A program made the position numbers and the translations under genes. The notes beneath the pieces are model-generated. The model was given only the letters and a program-made list of their open reading frames with translations, was not told the origin of the DNA and did not search any database. A DNA stretch of 64,000 bases from Zygnema circumcarinatum SAG 698-1b (taxonomy: Eukaryota; Plantae; Zygnematophyceae): positions 806,001 through 870,000 of the forward strand of contig CM074819.1 of assembly GCA_037447605.1 (NCBI GenBank). The letters run 5' to 3'. Shown piece by piece: positions 1-11,595 of the stretch; position 1 is the stretch's first letter; each line of letters starts with the position of its first letter.

Positions 1-773
1 GTCATTGACAGTTCAAATGGCTGTTAGGAACAACGCTATTTCGGTAATTTCGTCATATATCCAGTTGGTGGCATGTCCTGCCAAAAGTTCACCGTATGGC
101 ATGCCCCCCCCTCCCCCCTCCCATCATCATGTGCTCTCCGCATGGGTAGGTGAGGGAGATCAGAGGAGTGGGAGGGGGCTCGAGGGGTGAGGGAGAGAGT
201 GAGAGAGATTGAGAAAGGAAGGGAAAGAGATAGAGAGGAAGAGAGCGAGAGAGAGGGAGAGAAGACAGGGAGGTAGCGAGAGGAGGCAGGAAAGAAGGAG
301 TGGGGTGAGAGGGGAGAGAGAAAGCGAGAGAGAGAGGGAGAGAGGAGAGGAATGCAGCGAGAGGAGAAGGAGGAGGTAGGAAGGGAAAGGGAGGAGATTG
401 AGACTGCGAGAGATAGAGAAGGAGGAGTTCTTCCCTCCTATAAGCTCACTATAAGCTTATAGGACCTTATAGCTCACTCACTCTTCCCACTAGAAGCTTG
501 TAATCCCAAACGCAGATAATTAGGGTTCGCCGCCTCTCTCACTTTTAGGCTTCTTCGCTTTCCTCCAATTGTTACCCCACATCTTCCCCGCTAAATGAGG
601 GTTTGCCGCGACTGTACACTCTCAATTTCCCTCCCTTTCAAATATCCCCCCCGAATTTCCGGGCCAGAAATGGGAAATCTTTGGCCCATATACTTTTCCA
701 TGAGCAATCCCTAAGAAAGAAACCCCTAACCCCAACCCTACCCCCCCCCCCCCTCCCTCCCTTCGGATTTAGA

Positions 774-3700
774 ATGGATACCTGCGAGTGCATCGGCGCC
801 CAATGGGCCCCTGATGACCTTCTTATGCGATATCAGTACATCTCTGATTTCTTCATAGCCCTCGCCTACTTCTCCATCCCCCTTGAGCTCATATACTTTG
901 TGAAAAAGTCCGCCGTCTTCCCCTATCGCTGGGTACTCGTTCAGTTTGGCGCTTTTATTGTGCTGTGCGGTGCGACCCATCTGATCAATATGTGGACCTT
1001 CCGAGAGCACACGCGCACAGTGGCGATGGTCATGACCATCGCCAAAGTTCTGACAGCTGTCGTTTCTTGCGCAACAGCGCTCATGCTGGTAAGGATTAGG
1101 GATAGGGTTAGGGATAGGATTAGGATTAGGGGTAGGGGTAGGGGTAGGATTAGGGGTAGGGTCAGAGGTAGGATTAGGATTAGGATTAGGGGTAGGGGTA
1201 GGGGTAGGGGTAGGATTAGGGGTAGGGTCAGAGGTAGGATTAGGGGAAGGGGTAGGATTAGGGTTACAGGATTAGGATTAGGGTTAGGATTAGGGGTAGG
1301 GTCAGGGGTAGGATAAGGGGTAGGGGTAGGATTAGGGTTACAGGATTAGGATTAGGATTAGGATTAGGATTAGGTGTAGGGATAGAGGGCTGGGAGGAGG
1401 GTGCAAGGGTCTGGGAAGATGGGGGCCTGTGGAGGTTGTTGAGCTGGGATACGTGGGTTCTGAAGCATTTTAGGTTCTTGGGAGGCTGGGGTGTTTAGGT
1501 TTTCGGGTTTTTGGTTTTTTGAGCTTTTGGGGTGTCGAGTGTTTTAGGTCTCAGAGTGAAGGGAGGAGGATCATAGGCAGGAACTGGTTGAGAGAGAAAT
1601 GCGGGAGCCGGGGAGAGGGGGGGAAGTAAAGGAAAGGCGGTAGTGGAGAGAGGGTGACAAAAGAGAGGGGGGAGAGGGGGCAGGAAAGGAGAAGGGCATA
1701 GGGCTGGAGGGGGGGGTGACGGAGGGAGCACGAGAGTGGAGGAAATGGGAGGGGAGAGAAGCGAGAGAATAGAGGGAGGGAGAGTAAGAGACTGAAGTGA
1801 TTGCAATGAGCCTCTAAGTAATATACACTCGAAGGGAGAATTCTTGAGGACAAAAAATCCAAGGTTCTGATGCTTCATAGGGTTCCTGTTCAAGATTGCA
1901 ACCAGAAGCCTGCCAGTCTTGGTCCCTCTTTTCCCTAGAATTAGGGTTTGCAGTTAGATACCTCCGTACTAAACTGATTTGCAGATAGCTACACTGTCTG
2001 TGCATCCTCACTACCTGTTGAACTGAAACTTTGGCCTTTCTATGTAGGCAGGTTGAGCTTATTTGATTTCCACCTGAGTCTATGAAAAACCATTTTGAAT
2101 GCGTTCAAGTAGGTTGACTTGTTAGGGTTTTCTGCACTGAGTTGGCACATCCAATAAAGTAAAGTAACCCTTCATTGTAGGCACTCTCAACAGGTCCATC
2201 CCCTGTGCTGCCTCGTCTAACTTCAAGGTTCCATGTGTTCTGTTCCGTTCCGTTTCCCCCTGTTCTGTGCTGTTGCAGGTCCACATCATCCCGGATCTCC
2301 TTTCTGTGAAAACGCGCGAACTATTCCTCAAAAACAAAACTGCAGAACTCGACCGAGAAATGGGTCTCATAAAAACGCAGGAAGAAACTGGGCGGCATGT
2401 GCGCATGTTAACGCACGAAATCCGTTCAACGCTCGACCGTCACACAATACTGAACACAACCCTCGTGGAACTCGGAAAAACCCTAGCCCTAGAAGAGTGT
2501 GCTCTTTGGATGCCTTCTAGAAACTCCCTCGAACTGCAACTCTCCCATACTCTAAGGCAGCAACCTCTCTCCATCACTGTCCCCATTCAGCATCCAACTA
2601 TTAAGCAGGTCTTTAGCTCAAACAGAGCAGTAGTGATATCTCCCAACAGTCCTGTTGCTCTCACTCGGCCTCGTTCTTCGAAATATATGACAGGAGATGT
2701 TGTTGCAGTTAGGGTTCCGCTTCTTCACTTGAACAACTTCCATTCAGGGGATTGGCCGGATTCGTCTCAACGGTCATATGCGCTGTTAGTTCTCATGCTT
2801 CCGTCGGACAGTGCGAGAAGGTGGCATGTGCATGAGCTGGAAATGGTAGAGGTAGTCGCAGATCAGGTGAGAATTGCACTAAGTATTGAATCAAATCTTC
2901 CTCTTAATGTGTTTTAGGGTTTGTTGTTTTTCTTTGTTGTTCCCCAGTCTGCACAATCTGCACGAGAAACTTCACTGGAACGTTTGCAACCCTAATTTCT
3001 GCAACCCTCTGCAACCCTAATCTCTGTAACCCTAATTCCCCCCACTCTAATCCTAACTCTGCAACCCTGCCTTTTGCAACCCTAACATGTTTCTATGCCC
3101 GTTCTATGTGTTCTGTTCTGCAGGTTGCAGTTGCGTTGTCACATGCTGCCATTCTGGAGGAGTCTCTCCGAGCCCGGGACCTCCTTATGGAGCAAAATGT
3201 AGCTCTGGATATGGCGAGAAGGGAGGCAGAAACTGCCATTAGGGCAAGAAATGACTTTTTGGCAGTCATGAACCACGAGATGCGGACTCCCATGCATGCC
3301 ATCATCGCACTCTCAACCCTGCTGCAGGTAGGGAGGGTTCAAGGGAGTTAGGGTTCAGTGTTGAAGGTGTGGATTTGGATGGTTCGGTCTTTCCCAATCT
3401 TCGAAATACATGAAAACAGACCTTTAGGAAGTGAAGTCGTTTGGGAACCTTGAAAGTCTGAATTCTAAAAATATGTACTGTTGGAAACCCCAATGCAACA
3501 GTCAAAACCTGCATGCCTCTGAAAAACTTCAGAACTTCAACTTGAATTTGTATTTCAAGGATACACATATATGCAAGACAAGGAATATTTGTAAGTACTT
3601 GAGAAAGCCTCAAAACTCAAGAGCCCGAGAATCCCTATTCCCTATTATCCCTTTTTTACTTTATTGATAAAGTGGTTTCTATGTTGGGAGGAAGCAGGAG

Positions 3701-6409
3701 ACGGAGCTTACTCCCGAGCAGAGGTCCATGGTGGATACAGTTCTGAAATCATCCAATCTTCTTGCAACTCTTATTAACGATGTTTTGGACTTATCTCGTC
3801 TCGAAGATGGAAGTCTCAAATTGGAGCAGCGAACCTTCAATTTGAAAGCAGTCCTCCGAGAGGTACGCCCCCTTTCCATGTGCATTGAACTTTCCGTTTC
3901 CGTTGCACGGATTTCCCACATGGAAGCCCACCCGTTGACCGCATTGCCTGGTCCATGGAAAGGCCCATCAGTTCCGTTGCGCTGACAGTTTCAGTTCCGT
4001 TGCAACTGACAGGTACTGAGTCTGGTCAAGCCGATCGCTTCCGTTAAAAAGCTTGCGGTTTCGCTTCGTATTCCGTCAGACATTCCGGAATTAGTTGTGG
4101 GCGACGATAAACGGCTCATGCAGACGGCTCTGAATGTGATCGGAAATGCGGTCAAGTTCACGAAGGAGGGGAGTGTGACAGTATCAGTCAGCGTAGAGAG
4201 GCCAAAAGACATTCGGGACAAAAATTTTGATTTCAAGTTTATTCCAAGCGACAAGCATGTATATATTCGGGTGCAGGTGAGTATTGGTTGGCTGCATAGA
4301 GAGAGAGTGAAGGGGAGACAAGGGGGGGGGGAGGGAGGGGAGAGGGAGGGAGAGGGAGAGTGATGGGGGGGGAGGGAGGGGAGAGGGAGAGAGAGGGAGA
4401 GTGATGGGGGGGGGAGGGAGGGGAGAGGGAGAGAGAGGGAGAGTGATGGGGGGGGGAAAGGGAGGGGAGAGGGAGAGCAGCAGTGGAAAGGGAAGGACGG
4501 GAAAGGGGACAGAGAGGGAGAGGGGAAGGGGCTGAGAGAGATGGAAAACGATAGTGAGGGGAAGATTGAGAGGAGCAGGGAGAGTGAAAGGGAGATGGAG
4601 TTGGAGGGTGAGGGAGAGGAGATGCGGAGTGTGGAGAGAGTGAGAGAGAGCAAAAGCGAGAGAGAGAGAGGGAGAGAGAGTAAGATGTGTGTGCATAATG
4701 CGTGCAGGTGAAGGACACGGGAATAGGAGTAAAGCAAGAGGACATTCGGAAACTGTTCAACAAATTTGTTCAGGCAGACTCAACTACCACACGGAACTAC
4801 GGAGGGACAGGGTTGGGACTGGCGGTCTGTAAAAGGTGGGTTCATTGGGGAACTGGTTAAGGGGAGGATAGAAAGAGAGAGAGAGAGACAGGGAGAGAGA
4901 GAGAGGGAGAGGCTCGACTCCTCCCATCCTATGACTTGCCCTTGTTCATTTCATCACCTCTTTTCCCCTCATAACCATTTGCTCTCTTAAGAGAGAGGCG
5001 AGAGGAGAGAGGAGAGAGAGGAGGGCGAGGAGAGAGCGGAGATTGGTTGCAGTTCCCTTTCAACCCTACAAAATTATCGTTTTCCATCTTATCCCTTCTC
5101 CCAACAAACTCCCTGAACCCGGAAAACCCCCAACCATACACAACACCCACCCACACCTTACTCTCCGCGACTCTTAACCCTCCCAAAAAAACCGATTTTG
5201 ACTCTTATGTCCAAAACTAAAACCCAGTTTTTCTCGCAAAACCGCAGGTTTGTGAGCCTGATGCAGGGCCACATCTGGATAGAGTCCGAGGGTCCCTTAA
5301 AGGGCGCCACTGTGACCTTCATAGTGCGGTTGGGCCTCCCCGAGAAGGCGCCGGAAATAGAGGCTACGACCACAGCCTCGGCCGCGGCAAGCAGGGCGGC
5401 GGACTTTAAGGGCACAAAGGTGCTGGTTACGGACGACAACAGGTGAGANNNNNNNNNNGGAGGGGGGAGGGGGGAGAAAACCCTTCCGATAAGCATAGAT
5501 AAGCATAAATTCGGGTATGTGCGTATTTATCGTTTTGCTGAGTAGTTTTTCGGCGGTGTTTTCCGGATCGCAGTGTGAACCGGAAGGTGACAAAGGGCCT
5601 GCTCACACGCTTGGGCTGTGACGTGACGGATGTGAGCTCTGGGAGAGAGTGTCTGTCGGCGCTGGCGGGACCCGGCCATGGCTTCAAGGTGGGGGGGCTG
5701 CGCTGGCATGTTTTTTAGGGCAGAGAGAGAGAGAGAGGGAGTGAGAGAGGGAGAGGTAGAGTTGAAGTGTGAGAGAAAACCCCTTGACTGTTGTTCGCCA
5801 ATCTTTGCAAACTCAAGAGCTCGTCAGTGCGTCTCAGCTTCTGCCTGGTTTGAGAGAAGTGTAGAAGGAGAGACACTGAGATAGAGAGAGAGAGAGATCA
5901 CACTTCCCTTCCCCTCCTCCCACTTTCCTCATCTCATCATTCCCCCATCTCCCTCCTCTACCCTCTTCTCCCATCCACTCCACTCCCCTCTCCCCTCCCC
6001 CTTCACCCCCTCTCCCTTGACCCCTTCCACTCCCACTTGCCACGCTCCCCACTCTCCCTCCTTTCCGTCTCCTCTCCCTTTCCCCCCTCTCCCTCTCCTC
6101 CCCCTTCCTCCACCCCTCCCCTCCCTCACCCTCCCCCTCCCCCTCCCCTTCCAGGTCCTCCTCTTGGACCTGATGATGCCGGACATGGACGGCTACGAAG
6201 TTGCCCGCCGCCTCACCGCGCGATTGCAGCCGTCGGATCGGCCCTCCGTGGTGGCCCTAACCGCCAACACGGATGCCGCCACACGGGAGAAGTTTTTGGC
6301 CCTTGGAGGCGACGGCGTTGTGACGAAGCCGATCAACCAAACCAAGATGAGGACAGTTCTGCAGGAACTCGCCCTGCACGGGAAGGTGGTCACGAACTTC
6401 ACTTCCTAG
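774..6409 (+). CDS. ETR1: Ethylene receptor, ETR1/subfamily-I type hybrid histidine kinase (3 TM ethylene-binding domain, GAF, HisKA/HATPase, receiver), 9 coding exons
   Basis: Exons read manually with GT-AG borders: 774-1088, 2279-2866, 3124-3327, 3698-3862, 4013-4276, 4708-4835, 5248-5442, 5574-5688, 6155-6409. Motifs: [54 protein letters not shown]-box [26 protein letters not shown], receiver [10 protein letters not shown] and VTKPI. Confidence 0.96.
1091..1375 (+). repeat. Degenerate telomere-like hexamer array (GGATTA/GGGGTA/GGGTTA) at the 5' end of ETR1 intron 1
   Basis: Direct reading; the array starts immediately after the GTAAG donor at 1089. Confidence 0.85.
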
Positions 6410-8067
6410 TCAGGGAGGGAGAGAGAGGGAGAGGGAGAGGGAGAGGGAGAGGGAGAGAGGGAGAGGGGGAGAGGGGGAGAGGGAGAGGGAGTTGGAGAGG
6501 GGGAGAGGGAGAGGGANNNNNNNNNNAGGGAGGGATAGGGAAAGGGGGAGAGGGAGAGGGAGAGGTGGAGGGGGAGGAGTAGGGAATAAGGAGAGCTGGG
6601 GGGAGAGGGAGAACAAGAAGCAGGGTTCAGGGCTGTTCAGAGTAAAGGTTGCAGTGTCTACTTTTTGAGAGATGGGGGGGGGGAAGGGGAGGGAGGCGAG
6701 GCTCAGGTTTTAGGTTGTGTAGGTAACGTTTCATTGATTATGCACATGCGGTGCAGTTTAGGGTTTAGCGGAGAGGGAGTTCAGGTGCTTGTAGAGAGAG
6801 AGAGAGACAGCGAGAGAGGTTGTTTAGGAGTGGTAGGAACGCATCACCCTCGTATAGTGGCTGTGCAGGTAGTACAGTATTGAAGGAGTCTCAGGCGGGA
6901 GGGAGCTCCCTTGTATGAAAAGGGCCATTGGGAGGGGAGGGAGTGGGCATGGGTGCTAATATTGGTTAGGCTTCCGGCAGAACGGTGATGTAGTGAAGGA
7001 TAGGAAAGTGATGTCGTGGATGTTTGGCTTAACACATGTTTTACTAATCTTGACATCACCAACTTGTTTGGTTGGATAACAACACATTTTCATTGTGATC
7101 CGTGCAATGTGTACTTAGGTTTTCGCCACCGTCTCTCCCTCTCCCTCCCTCCCTTCCACCCCCCACCCCCTCCCTCCCTCCCTCCCCCCCTCCCCTCCCC
7201 TCATCCCTCCCTCCCGCCTCCCCCTCCCCACCCTCCCCACCCTCCCCCCTTCCTTCACTTCCACGCCTCTCGTGTATGTGTACAAATCAGGGTTTGAAAA
7301 CAAGTGATCTGCCGTGAATAAGGAATATGGATGAAATGTGGTAGTCTCGAAGCTTCAAAACCCTCGCTGACTGAAATTGAACGAACATGAAAACCTTAAT
7401 ATCGTCGAGATGCACGGATGCCTGTGAATTATTATTAATTCACATGAGTTCTCAGGGGTTGAAATTTAGGGTTGGGGGGTTTGGGAACAAATAAATAAAC
7501 TTGCGTCATCTTCCTTTTGTGGACATATGCGATATAAGAAAAGGCTTCAAAAGAGAAAAGCACAGTTAAGAGAGTATTGAATCACATAGAAACTTACCTC
7601 CCCAGCCTGTGAGACTCAATCCAGAACCAACTGCTATTCTCCATGTCAAATGTCCAACAATAGGCTTTCTGCACCGTTTATTTGTTCAACAAAATCACAA
7701 ATTCTATATATCCCTGAACCCTAAAACTGGAAACCGCATCAGCCTCTATAGCGAACCCCTCGTCCTCAACTGCTATCCCATCCATTGCTCCTCGAAAAGT
7801 GGGAGAAAGGAAGGGGAAACAATCTGCAACTTGGCATTCAAACTTGCGTGTTTATACAAATACCGGAAGAAACTCGCACTTGTTATTGAGGCATCGCGCT
7901 TCTCCATTGGGGTGCAATCTGAAAAGGAGCATTTCTACGGATCCATGGAGTCTGTTCTACGTTCTGTTGACCCGACGATGCCCCCTCATGCTGCCACGTG
8001 GACTCCTCTCCCTCGTCCTCTCCCTCCTCCCTCCCTCTCCCTCTCCCTCTCCCTCCCCCTCCCTCAC

Positions 8068-11000
8068 TTGCAGCCATCTCCTTCCACCTCTCCTTCTGAC
8101 TTATCGGCCGCTCAATCTCAATGCTTCGCAGAGCCGCCCTTACAGCTGCCTCCGCGCTGAGTTGTGTGCGGGGAAACTGCTCGTAACACTCCAAGACCGC
8201 GTTCCATTGAGAAACTGCAAGTTGAAGAATTTAGGGTTCAGGGTTAAGGGTTTAGGGTTTAGGGTTTAAGGTTTAGGGTTTAGGGTTAAGGGTTAAGGGT
8301 TAAGGGTTAAGGGTTAAGGGTTAAGGGTTTAGGGTAAAGGGTAAAGGGTAAAGGGTTAAGGGTAAAGGGTAAAGGGTAAAGGGTAAAGGGTAAAGGGTAA
8401 AGGGTAAAGGGTAAAGGGTTTAGGTTAAGGGTTAAGGGTTAAGGGTTAAGGGTTTAGGGTTAAGGGTAAAGGTTAAAGGGTTAAGGGTTGTGGACGTTGG
8501 TGTTTAAGGGGGAATACAATCTGGGAGAGTTAACCATTGGAATAAAGCACACAAAAGTGAGTGTCAGTTGGGAGTTTCGTTGACTTCATGATAATGAGAG
8601 TTTGGCTGGTCAATCGGACTGTTTCTATGCGATGATACAATGCATATGAAGACGATTCCCACTCATAAAACAATGTGAACTTGACAATGTACAGTAAAAG
8701 CGACATAAAAGGTCTGCAAAGTCGGAGGGGGGAAGAGGGAGAAGGAGGGAGAGTGGGAGGAGAGAGGAAGGAAAGAAAAAGCGAGGAGGAGAGGTCAATA
8801 GAAGAGAGGGCGAGAGACCGGCAGTGGGGAACGAAACAGAAAGGGAGGGGGCGCGGCAGAGTGAGTCTGTGTGTATGTGTCTCTGTGTGTGATCAAGAAA
8901 AAAGAGAGGGAGAGGGAGAGGTAGAGGGAGAGGGAGAGGGAGAGGGAGAGGGAGAGGGAGAGGGAGAGGTAGGAGGGAGAGGGAGAGGGAGAGGAGGAGG
9001 GAGAGGGAGAGGGAGAGGAGAGGTAGTGGAGAGGGAGAGGTAGAGGAGAGGGAGAGGTAGAGGGAGAGGGAGAGGGAGAGGGAGAGGGAGAGGGAGAGGT
9101 AGAGGGAGAGGCAGAGGGGGAGAAGGGGGAGACAGGGAGAGAGAGAGAGAGGCGTAGGGCGCGCACTGGGCAGGCCGGGCATGTCGTCGTGGCATATCTC
9201 ATAGTCCCTCGCCAGCGCGTGGAAGGCCGCGGGGATGGAGAGGCGGCGGCGCGGCTGGGAGGCGGAGGCCCTCTCGCGGAGGAGGTCGAGGAAGGCCGCC
9301 TCGAAGAGGTTGCGGTTGTCGAAGTTGAAGAAGCCGTGCTCGAGCCCGTTCGGACTCACCTCGCAGCAGGCGGAAGGGCCGCTGCACGCCCACACGCGGA
9401 GGGTCACCTGGGGAGGGGGGGGGAGGGGGAGGGAGGGAGGGGAGGGGGAGGGGAGGGGGGGGGAGGGGAGGGGGGGAGGGGAGGGGGAGGGGAGGGGGAG
9501 GGGAGACGAGAGGGGAGGGGGGGAGGGAGGTGGGGGGAGGAGGGAGGGGGGAGAGATGGGTGGAGGGGGGAGGGAGGGAGGGGCTGGGGGGGAAGGGGCG
9601 GAGGGAAGGGGGGAGGGGGAGGGGGGAGGGGGAGGGGAGGGGGGGAGGGGAGGGGGAGGGGGAGGGGAGGGGGAGGGGGAGGGGGGGAGGGGGAGGGGGG
9701 GAGGGGAGGGGGAGGGGGAGGGGAGGGGGAGGGGGAGGGGGAGGGGGGGAGGGGGAGGGGAGGGGGAGGGGGGAGGGGGGAGGGGGAGGGGGGAGGGGGG
9801 GAGGAGGGAAGGAGGGGAGGGAGGGAAGGAGGGGAGGGAGGGAGGAGGGGAAGAGGGGGAAGGGGGGGGTGAGGGGGGAGGGGGCAGATGGGAGGGGGGA
9901 GGGGGGGAGAGGAGGGGAAGAGAAGAGAGGAGTGAGGGGAGAGGAGGAAAGGGAAGAGGGAAGTGAAGAGACAGGGGAGTGGGGAGGGGGGAAGAGGAGG
10001 GCAGCGGGAAGGGGGAAGAGAGGGGAGAGGGGAGGGAGAAGGGGGAGAGAGGAGGGGGGTGGGAAGGGGGCGGGAAGAGGGCGGGAAGAGGGAAGTGGGG
10101 GGAGGTGGGGGGAGGGAGGGGAGAGGGGAGACAGGGGGAAGGTGGGAAGGGTGGGGAGTGGGAGAGGAGGGGCGGAGAGGAGGGAATTGGGGAGGAAGGG
10201 GGGAGGGGGGAAAGGGGGGGGAGGGGGCGAGGGGAGGGTGGAGAGAGGGAAATGGGAGGGGGGGAGGGGAGGGGGGGGGGTTGAAGAGGGGGGAAGGTGG
10301 GGGGAAGGGAGGAGGGGAAGGGTGAGGGAAAGGCAGGGAAAGAGGGAGAGGGAAAAGAGGGAAGAGGGGAAAAGAGGAAGGAGGGAAGATGGAGAGAGAA
10401 GTAGAGAGGGAATGAGAGAAGCCGAGTCAGACAGAAAGATCCAAGACAAAAAGTCCATCAGCAATCATTCTAATACACAGCACCTTAAATGAAAGGAACT
10501 TAAAACAGAGTTGAACAAAATTGTGCATATATCTGCCTGAAAAATGTCCCCCCTTTTCTTCTGTCCACTCCTCCGCCTCCTCCCTTTCCCCTCACCTTGC
10601 CTCTCCCTTTCCTTCCCCTCCCTCCCTTCATCCCTCGCCCAGTATCCCTCTCTCTCCCTTCCCCGCGTCGCTACTGTCAACGCCCCCACGCCCCCTCTCC
10701 CTTTTCCTGTCACCCTTGCCCCCACTCCGTCCCTCCTTCCCCCTCCCTTTTCCTTCCTCCCTCCCCTTTCAATTCTCCTTCGACCCTCCCACTCCCTCGC
10801 TCTCCCCCTCCTCACTCTCCCTCCTGCTCCCCCTGCCCCCCCTTCCCTCCCCCCTTTTTTCTCACTCACTCCCTCCCTCCCTCCCTCCCCCCTCCCCCCT
10901 TCCCCCCCCTCCNNNNNNNNNNACTCCCTCCCTCCCTCCCTCCCCCCTCCCCCCTTCCCCCCCCTCCCCCTCTCCTCCCGCTCCCCTCCCTACCCCCCTC

Positions 11001-11595
11001 CCTCCCTCCCTCCACGTCTCCTCACCCTTGTCCTCCCTCCCACGTAATGCATGGTCGCATTCTCATTTCGCAGCAGCTGCCACTCCGTGTTGCAGGGGGC
11101 CCACTGCGTGGCGGGCGTGGGGGGGTACGCCACTCTCTCGAAGTTCTCCTTCAGCTTCTGATACTCGTACAGGTGGCGGGGCCGCTCTCCCTCCCCCTCC
11201 CCCTCCCCCTCTCTCTCCCTCTCCCTCTCCCTCCCTCCCTCTCTCACCGTCTCCCCCAAACAGTCCGTCTCGTGCTCCCGCCACTGCCACGTCTTGGGGC
11301 GCCACGTGTCAGGCGCACAGAAGACGGGCTCGTGCTGCGGTGTTCGGCAGAACTGGTTGATGTGCCCGCAGCGAGCGGCGGGGCTGCGGGCACAGTGCGG
11401 GGAGCAGTTGAGGCAGGCGACCACGGTTTGGGGGTTGGGAGAGGGGAGGGAGGGAGAGGGGAGGGAGGGAGAGGAGGGAGAGAGAGGGGAGGGAGAGGGA
11501 AAGGAATAGCGGGAGCGGCGCAGGGCGGCCTTGCGCGCCTCACACGTGTACTCGTCGCAGATGTCGCCCGGGCAGTCGCGGGGGTGCTCCTTCAT
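8068..11595 (-). CDS. Putative spliced Cys-rich protein with a CxC4-like domain (KDZ transposase/HMGXB3-associated); no transposase catalytic core seen
   Basis: GC3-rich coding-like segments at about 11595-11046, a clean exon 9407-9167 (CAG acceptor; [45 protein letters not shown]) and a possible phase-compatible exon 8214-8068. The pattern C..W...V..C...C...G(F/L)FN..N..L resembles CxC4 clusters. Family assignment is from memory, not from a search; the exon structure is uncertain and one N-gap lies inside. Confidence 0.45.
8230..8488 (+). repeat. Interstitial degenerate telomeric heptamer array (TTTAGGG grading to TTAAGGG and TAAAGGG)
   Basis: About 35 consecutive 7-mers read directly; the first units match the plant telomere consensus TTTAGGG. 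Confidence 0.85.
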
